Of a stretch of DNA of 64,000 nucleotides, positions 9,767 through 19,430 are shown in pieces. The DNA lies in assembly GCA_965207065.1 (NCBI GenBank), contig OZ242260.1, forward strand, positions 140,601 through 204,600, read 5' to 3'. How positions within the stretch are numbered: position 1 is the stretch's first letter; each line of letters opens with the position of its first letter. A program made the position numbers and the translations under genes. Origin of the DNA: a bacterium (lineage in GTDB: Bacteria > UBA8248). The notes under the pieces were generated by a model that did not search any database, was not told the origin of the DNA, and was given only the letters and a program-made list of their open reading frames with translations.

Positions 9767-11149
9767 CTAAAGGTGAATGCCCGCGCTCGCGAGGATTCCG
9801 CGCACGCGCTCTCGCTGCGCGTCGGGAATATGGAGCCGTTCCGCGAAGTCGCGGCCAGCGGGCTTGGTGGCGTCGATGCCCACCTTCGTGAGGGTATGAG
9901 TCTCGGGGTCCGAAGTCGGGTCCAGAATGGCGCCCATCGCACCGTGGATGAAGTTGATGTCCTTATCCGCGCGCGTCCTCGTGATGACCGCCCAGGCGAC
10001 GTCCGAGAGATTGAAGATGTCTACGTCCTCATCGACCACGACTACGCACTTGCAATAGAACTCGGTTCCCAGCGCCGCCATGATGGCCTGCTGGGGCTGG
10101 CCCTCGGCCGTCTTGTTCATCTGCACGATGGCGAGCAATGCGCCCGCCGTGTTCGAGGGAACATGCACGGCGGAGACGCCGGGCAGGTTGCGCCTGAGCG
10201 TGTTCAGGATTTCCGCTTCGCGGCTCACACAGGAGATGAGGATATGATCCGCCGACATGCCAGAGGCCACGCTGTGGAGCATGGCGTCGCCCCGCATCTG
10301 CACGCGCTTGACGACGAATACGTTCTGCGTGCTGCGGTAGGACGCATAGCCGGTGAACTCGCCGAAGGGGCCTTCCGGTTCACGCACCTCGGCCAGAATC
10401 TCACCTTCGAGTACTATTTCCGCGCCCTCGGGGGCTTCGAGGTCCGCCGTGCCGCATCTGGCGACGCGATAAGGTTCGCCGAACAATGCGCCGATGATCT
10501 CGTACTTCCGCACCCCCGGAGGGTAGTGATAGGCCATCGAACCCATGTAGTGCACCGGGTGGATGCCGATGACGACCGCCGCCGGCAAGGCCTCGCCTGC
10601 GTCTTCGGCTTTTTTATGGAAATGGTACATCCGCCGCCTAGAGTGCAGGGAGACGCCCAGCCTGTTTTTCCCCTTGAGCTGCAAACGGTGAAAGCCGGTG
10701 GTGTCCACGCCAGTCTCGGGATCTCGCGCCACGATCTGGCCCGCCGTGATGTAGGGAGCCGCATCCACGGGAAAATGAAATGGGATAGGCAGTTCGTTCA
10801 GGTCTACGTCGTCTTCTTCGATTACGACTTCACGCCAAGGGGCGTCCTCCACCACCTCCACGGGGAGGTAATTCTGGCAGCGATCCTTATACGCCGTCGG
10901 CAAGTCGCCCGGCTCCACGTCGAGACACGCCGCGAGCAGATTCCGGTTGCCCGCGATGTTGGTCACGACCGAACCCTCAAAACCCTCCACGCGCTCGAAG
11001 ATGATGACGGGGTATCTACCCGCGCGCTCGAACTCGAACACCGTGGGCGTGATGTCCTCCCTGCCGACGGGCTCCTTGATGCGCACGAGTTCTTCGGGGT
11101 GGTCTTTCTCCACCATCTCCAGGAAACCGCGCAGGCTTTGATCGACCAT
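9767..11149 (-). CDS. UbiD family (de)carboxylase
   Basis: DAAPYIT, EGPFGEFTGY, VDEDVDIF, KVGIDAT; start taken at MVDQSL. Confidence 0.93.
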   Translation of the reverse strand: MVDQSLRGFLEMVEKDHPEELVRIKEPVGREDITPTVFEFERAGRYPVIIFERVEGFEGSVVTNIAGNRNLLAACLDVEPGDLPTAYKDRCQNYLPVEVVEDAPWREVVIEEDDVDLNELPIPFHFPVDAAPYITAGQIVARDPETGVDTTGFHRLQLKGKNRLGVSLHSRRRMYHFHKKAEDAGEALPAAVVIGIHPVHYMGSMAYHYPPGVRKYEIIGALFGEPYRVARCGTADLEAPEGAEIVLEGEILAEVREPEGPFGEFTGYASYRSTQNVFVVKRVQMRGDAMLHSVASGMSADHILISCVSREAEILNTLRRNLPGVSAVHVPSNTAGALLAIVQMNKTAEGQPQQAIMAALGTEFYCKCVVVVDEDVDIFNLSDVAWAVITRTRADKDINFIHGAMGAILDPTSDPETHTLTKVGIDATKPAGRDFAERLHIPDAQRERVRGILASAGIHL

Positions 11150-11159
11150 ATCGCGCGCC

Positions 11160-11951
11160 TTATTTGGCCCAGGAGCCGCGATCCGTATAGGGATTCTCAA
11201 TCGGCGGCAGGGGAGGAGCGCCGTCGCGTGGCGGCTCCTCGTCCCAGAACTCGACCGCGATGACGCGCGCGGGGGCGCCCTCGGTGTCCTTGAGTTTCAC
11301 CGCGCCAGTCACGAGCAGGACGCGCTCTTTCTGGATGGCGCCCATGTTCGTGCACCACTCGATGAGGCATATCCCGCGCTCCAGGAACTTGATGTGGTTG
11401 GGGCTCCAGTTCGGTGCGGGCCACTTGCGCTCCTCGGGGGGATAAAGCGGCGAGTCGCACGTCATGAAATCCTGGACGAGCGCCTTAATTCCCTTGTCGA
11501 TGAGCCAATCGGCCGCGTCGGTCGAGAGATAGACCATGTTCTCCCAGAAATCGCGCGAGCCCCACATGCGGTCGGTCCATTCGGTGCTGACGATGGCGAT
11601 ATCGCCGGGGCGCACCTCGACGCCAGTGGCTTCGAGGTCTTCCGCCGTCACGGACTCGGAGTTGCCCTTCCCCGGCACCTTGAGCACGCAGGCGTCGCCG
11701 CATACGTGATCGAGCGGCAACTCGTCGTTCTTCAGACCGTCGTGAAAGAAGTGATAGGGCGCGTCGTAGTGCGTGTAGCTCTGCGTGGTGGTGGTGAAAC
11801 CGAAGTTGCAGATGTGGTCCACGTCCAGCGTTGCGATGGGGGTGATGGTCGTGCCCGGAGCCGGCTTGTCGTAAATCTCATCGCGCGGAAACTGAACGTA
11901 GGTGTCCTCCGGGTCAACGGTGAGCGAGAGATCGACGAAGCGGTACGGCAT
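11160..11951 (-). CDS. Cyclase / kynurenine formamidase-like metal hydrolase
   Basis: VDLS, THYDAPYH and GAPARVIA motifs; start taken at MPYRF. Confidence 0.85.
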   Translation of the reverse strand: MPYRFVDLSLTVDPEDTYVQFPRDEIYDKPAPGTTITPIATLDVDHICNFGFTTTTQSYTHYDAPYHFFHDGLKNDELPLDHVCGDACVLKVPGKGNSESVTAEDLEATGVEVRPGDIAIVSTEWTDRMWGSRDFWENMVYLSTDAADWLIDKGIKALVQDFMTCDSPLYPPEERKWPAPNWSPNHIKFLERGICLIEWCTNMGAIQKERVLLVTGAVKLKDTEGAPARVIAVEFWDEEPPRDGAPPLPPIENPYTDRGSWAK

Positions 11952-12109
11952 GGCTTTCCCCCTGTAGGAGCAAACAAATTCTGAAATGGAAGGCTCCCGC
12001 CGCCCATCATAGACGGACGGCGGGAGTAAATCCTTCATCAACCAGTTTCGGTTCTATTTCTTGCTTGTTACTTCAGGCGGCGGAACTCTCCCCGCCCCTG
12101 GATGCTTAA

Positions 12110-13084
12110 CTAATTCCAGCCCTTCTCCTTGCAGTAGCGGGCCGCGCCATCGTGGAACGGTATGCCCATCTGCGCTTCCTTGCAGCCCGTCTTGGCCGGG
12201 TCGAAGCCCCTGAGTCCCTTATGCCCCGCCCGCAGATCCTTCACGTTGTCGAGCAGCGCCTTCACGATATTGTACGCATCTTTGTTGCTAAGCGCCGTGG
12301 AGGCGAGGACCGCCGTGGTGAAGCCGAACGTGTTCTTGGGCTTCTTCTGCCCCGGGAAGGTGTTGGCCGGCATGGTGGCTTTCAGGAAGCCAATCCCCAA
12401 GAGCTTGTTGCGGTACTCATCGGCTATTCCTAAGAATTTCAGCTTTTTCTGAACAGCGATTGATGTGAGCGCAGGGTGGCCCGCGTTCACGGTGTGGCTC
12501 AGCATGTCGGCCTGACCGTCCTTCATCCGGCTCTTAATGGCGCCGAAGCCGGTGTGCGTGGCCGAACCGCCCATTTTCTTGATGCCCTCATAGGTGATGC
12601 CGTGCGCACCGAGCATGGCACGCGTAGCCCACTGGCCCAGCCCTCCGCGCGGAACCGTCACGTAGTTCACGGGCACTTTCTTCAAGTCCAGGATGCCGTT
12701 CACCTTGGGGTTCGTGGTGACGATACCCAGGTAGTACTGGTCCAGGCCGCCAACAAGCCCGCGCAGGTTCTTGTAGGGCTTCTTGTAGGCCACCTTGCCC
12801 TGATACGCCCAGGCCGCCGCCACGCTGAAGGTGAGCCCCATGTTGAACTTGCCGGTGCCGACGAGCTTGGGGTTGCCCACGCCGCCGCCTTTGGAGAGGG
12901 CGTCGATCTGAACGCCCACTTTCGCGTTGTTCACGATGTTCGCCATGGTGGCCGAGTACACGTGCCAGCCGCTGCCTTTTTTCCAGCTGCCCATCGTGAG
13001 GCGGGCCGCCTCGGCCTGAACAGCCACGAATGCGCCGATGGCTACCGCAAGAACGAAAACCATTTTCCAGGATGTGCGCTTCAT
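12110..13084 (-). CDS. TAXI family TRAP transporter solute-binding subunit
   Basis: Signal peptide, GGGVGN, C-terminal IPFHDGAARY. Confidence 0.9.
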   Translation of the reverse strand: MKRTSWKMVFVLAVAIGAFVAVQAEAARLTMGSWKKGSGWHVYSATMANIVNNAKVGVQIDALSKGGGVGNPKLVGTGKFNMGLTFSVAAAWAYQGKVAYKKPYKNLRGLVGGLDQYYLGIVTTNPKVNGILDLKKVPVNYVTVPRGGLGQWATRAMLGAHGITYEGIKKMGGSATHTGFGAIKSRMKDGQADMLSHTVNAGHPALTSIAVQKKLKFLGIADEYRNKLLGIGFLKATMPANTFPGQKKPKNTFGFTTAVLASTALSNKDAYNIVKALLDNVKDLRAGHKGLRGFDPAKTGCKEAQMGIPFHDGAARYCKEKGWN

Positions 13085-13139
13085 TTTGAAAACTCCTCTG
13101 TTGGAAATGCCACGAATAGTTCCATCTGTATTGCGTTGT

Positions 13140-15014
13140 TCACGATGAAGCCGGATCCGCCGAAGTCATGTCGAGTGCGTTTTTCTTCGCGCGCGCCAGA
13201 TGGCGCCAGAAAACAATGACCAGCAAAACGGAGCCGATGACGTCCGTCAACTTCTCGGGAACGATCAGACCCAAGCAACAGATAAAGAAAACCGCCCTCT
13301 CCCAAGCCGCCAGGGGGATCGATATGTGCCCGGTGATCGCCGCCGCCAGGGCCGCCACACCGATAATGCAGGTGAGCGACACCCAGAGCGTCTCGCCGAG
13401 CGGGCCGATGAAAAGCATGGATGGATTATATACGAACACAAAGGGAATGAGAAATCCCGCCAAAGAGAGCTGAAACGCCTTCCAGCCCGTGGCGGTCAAG
13501 TCCGAGTCGGCCACGCCCGATGCGACATAGGCCGACAGCGCCACAGGCGGCGTGAGCATCGAGAGGATGGCGAAATAGTAGATGAACATGTGCGCCGCCA
13601 GAACGGGGAGGCCGAGCTTGAAGAGCGCAGGCCCCAGAAGCGTGCCCGCCATGATGTAGGCGGCGGCCGTCGGCATTCCCATGCCCATGATGACGCAGCC
13701 GATGAGCGTCAGTCCCAGCGCGGGCAGGATCATTCCGCTCGAAATGTTGACGATGAGGCCCGAGAACTTGAGACCGATGCCCGTATCGTCCACCACTCCG
13801 ACCACAACGCCGGCGATGGCGCAGGGAACCGCGACGGGGACCGTCATGCGACCGGCCTTCTCGAGCGCCTCGATTATTTTCTCAGGTCCCATGCGGGTCG
13901 ACTTGCGCACCCAACTGAGCACCACCACGCCGATGGCCGCCGAAGTGGCCGACCACATCAAAGTGAAACCGGCGATCATGTAGCCCAGGAGCAGGATGAT
14001 CGGGAATAGCAGAAGACCGCGCTCCAAGAGGATGCTCTTGAGCTCCGGCATCTCGTCTTTGCTCAGACCCTTCAAGTTCAGCTTCTTCGCCTCCAGATCC
14101 ACCATGAAGAAGAGCGACACGTAATAAATGATGGCCGGAATGGCCGCCGCGCCCGCCACCCTTAAGTAAGGGGTGCCCGTCATGTCCGCCAGGATGAAGG
14201 CACCCGCGCCCATAATCGGCGGCATGAGCTGCCCGCCCGTTGAGGCCACCGCTTCCACCGCGCCCGCGTAATGGGGGGCGAAGCCCAGGCGCTTCATAAG
14301 CGGGATGGTGAAGATACCGGTTCCAACGACGTTCGCCGTCGCGCTCCCGCTGATGGTTCCCATGAGGCTGCTGCTCACTATCGCCGCCTTGGCCGGACCG
14401 CCTCGGAATGCACCGGTGAGCCGGATGGCCAGATCGATGAACATGCGCCCACCGCCCGAGACCTCGAGCGCCGCCGAGAAGAGCACGAAATAGAACACGA
14501 CCTCCACGCTCACGCCCAGCGGAACACCCAGCAGGCCCTCGACACCCAGGATCTGGAACTCGATGAACTCGGTCAACAGGATGAAGCGGTGCCCCAGGGC
14601 GCCCGGAATCAGGTGGCCCAGGAAATTATAGACCAGCGCCACGACTGCCACCGAGGTGACGCCCCAGCCGAGATAGCGACGCGAAGCCTCGACGGTCAAG
14701 AGAATGTAGGCCAACCCCAAGTAGACATAGCGCGTGGGCACCTCATCCACGTCGCGGATGCGCTCGTTCAGGAAGTTCCACTCATACAAATACAGCAGCG
14801 CGATGACCATGGCGATAATAGTAAGAACATAATCGACGGGGCCGACGCGGCCTTCCTTGCGGAACGGTTTTGTGAGAAAGACGATGCCCAGCGCGAAGCT
14901 CAGATGGAGCGGCCTGGAGGTGAAGACGTGAAGCATCCCGAAAAAGGCCCAGTATAGCTGGATGACGGACCAGACGATGGCCAGCAGCGCAACCGGGTTC
15001 AAGAATCGCTTCAT
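13140..15014 (-). CDS. TRAP transporter fused permease (4TM/12TM)
   Basis: GGPAKAA, ISGSATANV, ASTGGQLMPPIMGA and TPPVAL motifs. Confidence 0.93.
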   Translation of the reverse strand: MKRFLNPVALLAIVWSVIQLYWAFFGMLHVFTSRPLHLSFALGIVFLTKPFRKEGRVGPVDYVLTIIAMVIALLYLYEWNFLNERIRDVDEVPTRYVYLGLAYILLTVEASRRYLGWGVTSVAVVALVYNFLGHLIPGALGHRFILLTEFIEFQILGVEGLLGVPLGVSVEVVFYFVLFSAALEVSGGGRMFIDLAIRLTGAFRGGPAKAAIVSSSLMGTISGSATANVVGTGIFTIPLMKRLGFAPHYAGAVEAVASTGGQLMPPIMGAGAFILADMTGTPYLRVAGAAAIPAIIYYVSLFFMVDLEAKKLNLKGLSKDEMPELKSILLERGLLLFPIILLLGYMIAGFTLMWSATSAAIGVVVLSWVRKSTRMGPEKIIEALEKAGRMTVPVAVPCAIAGVVVGVVDDTGIGLKFSGLIVNISSGMILPALGLTLIGCVIMGMGMPTAAAYIMAGTLLGPALFKLGLPVLAAHMFIYYFAILSMLTPPVALSAYVASGVADSDLTATGWKAFQLSLAGFLIPFVFVYNPSMLFIGPLGETLWVSLTCIIGVAALAAAITGHISIPLAAWERAVFFICCLGLIVPEKLTDVIGSVLLVIVFWRHLARAKKNALDMTSADPASS

Positions 15015-15167
15015 GAAAAATCCATCCCCTTGGTGATGCGATTATTGCGGACAACCGCCAAACGCATCAAAAAGCGTCTCACATGAAAATTACAAGCGCA
15101 TTACGAGGGCATGGAAACCGATTCCCGCTTATCCGGCGATTTCATCCCCCGTCATGCGGTGCCTGAC

Positions 15168-16352
15168 TCACTCCGCCCAGGGGCGCGTGGTGGTCGTCGT
15201 GAGGAGTTCGCATCCATCATCCTCAACAAGCACCATCTGCTCGATGTTCGTGCCCCCCACCTCGGGTAGCACGAACTGCGGCTCCACGCAGAGCACCATG
15301 TTGCGCTCGAGAATCATCGCGTTATCGGGCCGGATGATGGGCGCCTCCACGGTTTCCAGGCCGATGCCGTGCCCCGCCATGGGAAAGAGATACTGCCCCG
15401 CCCCGTTCGCGTTGTCGTCCAGGAACCGGCTCGCCGCCTCATGAACGTCCGAGGCCTTTGCGCCCGCGCGAACCGCGCCCATCGACACCTCCGAGGTCGC
15501 GACCGTCAGCTCCAGCATCTCCTCCACGCTCTTATCGAGTTTCTTTCCCGGAACCACGGCGGTGCGGTTGACGTCGAACCCGTAGCCTTCCACCGCGCCC
15601 ACGTAGTCGAAGCGAATCAGGTCGCCCGCCTCGAGCTTCCTCTGCGTCGCCTGCGGCCAGCGCGAACCCCAACTCGCCCACGGGCCGCTGTGAACGCGGA
15701 CGTAGCGCACGAAATCGGCCCCCGCGCGCATACCCGCCGCGTGGCCCTCGGCGCAAAGATCGCTCTCGCTCACGCCGGGGCGAACCGCATCGAAAATGGC
15801 GGCGTAGCCCGCCTCGACGATTTCCGCCGCGCGCTTCAAGTAGGCGACCTCGGTTTCACTCTTCCTCGCGCGAAGCTGCTCCACCAGGGCGTTCGCGTTC
15901 GAGAATTGCGCATCGGGCAGCGCGGAGGTGAGGTCGATGTACATCGTCGCCGGCATGATGTCCTCTCCGGCGATCCCCACCCGAGCGCCCTCGGCTCCCA
16001 GGCGCCCCAGTTGATTCACCAGGCCCGCGGAGATGTTCGCCTCCACCTGGACGTTTTCGACGTGCACCATCTCTGCGCGATAGTTTCTGTGATCCACGAA
16101 GAGCAGCGGCTCATCCTCAATAGGCAGGACGAGCACGCCGTGGCCCATGCCGCGAACCGTATCGCTGAACGCTCCCGGCGGAAACGGCGGAAAATGGTTG
16201 GTGAGGTAGGTCAGGCTCCCCATTCGGTCGTAAAAAGAGCGTCCGATGACGAGGAGAACGTCGAGTCCCGCCTCGCGCATAAGGCCACGCGCATCCGCTA
16301 TCCTCCCCTTAATCTCTTCTTTGGAGGCTCCCGTTCCGTTCTCCAGGACCAT
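15168..16352 (-). CDS. M24 family Xaa-Pro peptidase-like hydrolase
   Basis: RARKS, DVNRT, GHGIGLE, VEP and IEQ motifs. Confidence 0.9.
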   Translation of the reverse strand: MVLENGTGASKEEIKGRIADARGLMREAGLDVLLVIGRSFYDRMGSLTYLTNHFPPFPPGAFSDTVRGMGHGVLVLPIEDEPLLFVDHRNYRAEMVHVENVQVEANISAGLVNQLGRLGAEGARVGIAGEDIMPATMYIDLTSALPDAQFSNANALVEQLRARKSETEVAYLKRAAEIVEAGYAAIFDAVRPGVSESDLCAEGHAAGMRAGADFVRYVRVHSGPWASWGSRWPQATQRKLEAGDLIRFDYVGAVEGYGFDVNRTAVVPGKKLDKSVEEMLELTVATSEVSMGAVRAGAKASDVHEAASRFLDDNANGAGQYLFPMAGHGIGLETVEAPIIRPDNAMILERNMVLCVEPQFVLPEVGGTNIEQMVLVEDDGCELLTTTTTRPWAE

Positions 16353-17321
16353 CTACTTGAACCTCGGCAAGAGTTCGGAGACGAAATTCTCCAGTTGCTC
16401 TTCCTGGACGCCGCCCGCGAAGCGAACGACGAAGACGCGCGCTCCCTCCGCGGCATACGATCTGAGATCTTCCTCCACGCGGTCCCCATCTCCGGCAAGA
16501 ACGAGGAGCTGCTTGCGCACTTCATCGAAGCTCTTGTGGTAGTACTTGGAGAGAAATTCACCGCATTGGGCTTCCGCCTTCGCTCCGTCGGGATTGATGT
16601 TCATCGTCACGTAGAGGCACTGGGGAATCTTCTCGACTTCTTCGGTTCTGCCGAACTCATCGGAATACGAGAGTATCTTCTCCCAGCACTGGCGGTAGAG
16701 GTCCGCCGTGATGGAGTTCGTGATCCAGCCGTCGGCAAAGCGCGCCACACGCTTCAGGCCCGAATCCACCAGATTGCTCGAAAGCCAGACAGGGGGGCCG
16801 CCGGGGGTTTTGGGCCTCGGCTCGAGCGCCACGCCCTCGAAGGAGAAATGCTTGCCCGCATAGTTCGCCTGTGATTCGCGCATGAGGAGCTTGAGTATCT
16901 CCACGGTCTCGGAAAACCGGCGCGCGCGCTCGTTGATCGGCACACCGATGGTCTCGAACTCGAACTTCAAGTCCGTTCGCCCCACGCCCAGACCGGGAAG
17001 GACGCGACCGGGGAACATGCAGTCGAGCGTGCTCATCGACTGGGCGAGCATGACCGGATGCCTGAGCGCCGCGAGCATCACCGCCGTGCCCACCTGAACG
17101 CGCTCGGTCGAGGCGAGAACCGCCGCCCAGGTGGTGAAACTCTCCATGCGCGGTTTGGCCAGTACGCTGTCGCCGAGCCAGACGGAATCGAGGCCGAGGT
17201 TCTCGGCCCTTTTTGCCAGTGAAAAAATGGGGTCAGTGTCCGGCGCCTCGCCCGCCGCCGCCACGACGACTCCGCGCGTGGGCAGCAGATAACCGAAATG
17301 AAAGTTTTCAGTGTCATCCAT
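16353..17321 (-). CDS. LLM class flavin-dependent oxidoreductase
   Basis: DSVWLGDSVLAKPR; paralogous to 8797..9759. Confidence 0.88.
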   Translation of the reverse strand: MDDTENFHFGYLLPTRGVVVAAAGEAPDTDPIFSLAKRAENLGLDSVWLGDSVLAKPRMESFTTWAAVLASTERVQVGTAVMLAALRHPVMLAQSMSTLDCMFPGRVLPGLGVGRTDLKFEFETIGVPINERARRFSETVEILKLLMRESQANYAGKHFSFEGVALEPRPKTPGGPPVWLSSNLVDSGLKRVARFADGWITNSITADLYRQCWEKILSYSDEFGRTEEVEKIPQCLYVTMNINPDGAKAEAQCGEFLSKYYHKSFDEVRKQLLVLAGDGDRVEEDLRSYAAEGARVFVVRFAGGVQEEQLENFVSELLPRFK

Positions 17322-17559
17322 GGAATGGAATCCTTACCTCGTCATCAAAAGAAAAGATGCCCTTATCAATGGGCAAACAAGTATGTCAGGTTTGATACAT
17401 TAGTAACACTTTTGGCGCGCGCCCGCAAAAACTCGGGCCTACGGGAGTCAATCGTCGGGATTTGGCCTCACCTGGCGAGGAGCGCGCGGCGTGAGGGCAT
17501 GCAATCTCCCTGCACATTTTTTCTTGACATCTCCCGGCGCATATTTTACTTAGTTCTGC

Positions 17560-18588
17560 ATGCGACACTTTTCACTGATGTCTCTTTTATTACTTTCGCT
17601 TACCGTCGGCTGTGTCGGTGGCGGTGGTTCCCCTCCGCCTCCCATCCCGGCGCCGGCACTCATGCCCACTCCCCAACCGTTTCGAACGCAGACGACCTTC
17701 GTCGACAACGTCCTCAGTGTTGACGTGCGCTACCACGAAGGCCGCACCCGCACACTCGATACCGTCAGGCATCAGCAAGCCTCATGGGGGCTTTACCTCC
17801 CCCGGCCCTTGCAACCCGGCCATACCAGCCGCGAATGGCTGCTCACGGAAAACCACTACGACGGCAGGATTCTGCTCTACACCGTCGTCGATTGGGATGA
17901 CGACAACCCTGCCGACTACCTCGCGGCCGGATGGTGGCTCGTCTATCCGTCCGGCGCACCCCATTTAGCCGTCGAATACGCCACGCGCGGCGTCTTTGTC
18001 GATGGCCCGGAACTCGACCCCGCCCGACCGCCCGACCTCCCCCTGACCGGCACGGCCACCTACATCGGCGGCGCTGGCGGCCTCTACACGTACAACTACG
18101 GCCGCGACTGGGGCAAGGAGTTGGTCGGTTCTTCCGAGATGACTGAATTCGCGGGGGTTATCGCTTTTACCGCCGACTTCGACAGCAAGCGCATCACCGG
18201 TTGCCTCGGGTGTCTCGAGCCGATCGAGACCTCACCCGGCCGCCACCTCTATCCGATCTTGTCCTGGCGGAGTCCCGATCCCGCATCGTTGCCGTCCGAT
18301 TACGACCTGTACTTTTCCGCATCCTTCAATGCCAAGGGCGCATTCGAGGATACCGCGATCAGCGTCACGCATTCCGAACGCAATATCATGACCTCCGCCG
18401 GGACGTGGCGCGGCCAGTTCTCGAACATACCGGACGTCGACGGCCACCCCCGCCGCGTGGTCGGATCGAGCGATGTTCATTTCGCCGAAGATGATGGCTC
18501 GAGTGGACGCTTTACGGGCATCTTCGATGCGCTTACGCCCGCAACGATCACGCCACCCGATGACGGCAATGTGGGCAATTCGAACTGA
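17560..18588 (+). CDS. Lipoprotein with transferrin-binding-protein-like beta-barrel
   Basis: Lipobox LTVGC, Gly/Pro linker, LPLTGTATYIG...FTADF...GTWRGQF...FTGIF pattern. Confidence 0.6.
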   Translation: MRHFSLMSLLLLSLTVGCVGGGGSPPPPIPAPALMPTPQPFRTQTTFVDNVLSVDVRYHEGRTRTLDTVRHQQASWGLYLPRPLQPGHTSREWLLTENHYDGRILLYTVVDWDDDNPADYLAAGWWLVYPSGAPHLAVEYATRGVFVDGPELDPARPPDLPLTGTATYIGGAGGLYTYNYGRDWGKELVGSSEMTEFAGVIAFTADFDSKRITGCLGCLEPIETSPGRHLYPILSWRSPDPASLPSDYDLYFSASFNAKGAFEDTAISVTHSERNIMTSAGTWRGQFSNIPDVDGHPRRVVGSSDVHFAEDDGSSGRFTGIFDALTPATITPPDDGNVGNSN

Positions 18589-18904
18589 AGCACACCCCCT
18601 GCGATCAAAACACTCCTTGCCACTGACTGAACTTCGCCCGCACGCACCGCCCACGCGACCACCCATATCCTGAACAATCGCCCCGATGACCAAGGGCGCA
18701 ATTGGACGTGCCCGGCCATCATCCAAATCGGCGCAAACGTCGACCCGTATCCGCCTGTACCTACAGGTGTTGCAATGAATCCGCTTTCGGTTTCATTCAG
18801 CCCTGGAGAAACCCCAGGTTACGACGATTGAATTATTATCTTGAAATTATGATGCGCCAGGCAGAAAAACAGACATGGAGAAATTCACCGAAAAACAAAA
18901 TCCT

Positions 18905-18970
18905 TCCAAGTCATTGAATTTGTTGGTGGAGCTGAGGGGGATCGAACCCCTGACCTCATGACTGCCAGTC
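18905..18970 (-). repeat. att site: duplicated 3' part of tRNA-Ala (18924-18970) plus 19 bp of downstream sequence
   Basis: 66 bp matching 58451..58516 with one mismatch. Confidence 0.95.
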
Positions 18971-19121
18971 TTGAGATGTGGTATACCGAGCTACAACGAT
19001 AAACCCTTGAAAAACAACTTAAAAGACAATAAATTCAATAAGATAGCAGTGAGTTTAAGTCTTCAAATTTAATCTCTCTACCCCTTTATATATCCTGAAA
19101 TATCTATGTAACAGCCATAAA

Positions 19122-19141
19122 AACGTCCACTAAAACGTCCA
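19122..19141 (+). repeat. Putative integrase arm-binding tandem site
   Basis: AACGTCCACTAAAACGTCCA, identical to 58402..58421. Confidence 0.75.
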
Positions 19142-19304
19142 CTCGATTTTCTGATCATCCATATACAAAATTTCAATTTCAGGGGAAGTTTCTACCCTAT
19201 TTTCGACACGATCTAAGGTTTTTTGCACGTAGGAAAAGTAGTAATTCACGCTTAATATCATGTCTGGGCAAAGCGCTCTTCAATGAGACGTTCTCAGCCG
19301 GATA

Positions 19305-19411
19305 GTGGCGCATCTCTTATGTGCTGAATGACCGGGCTTCTGACAACCCTATTTCAGCAGGATGCGCCGCCTTCTTCAATTCACCCCATACACAAGATCT
19401 GAGCGTAACTC
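19305..19411 (-). mobile_element. Isolated left-end fragment of an IS256-family element
   Basis: Reverse complement closely matches ~38334..38441, including the terminal GAGTTAC. Confidence 0.85.
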
Positions 19412-19430
19412 CAACCCAGTGAACGCATCA

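Noticed and set aside
18924-18970. Second tRNA-Ala gene
   Set aside because: Only the 3' 47 nt are present; it is the att duplication
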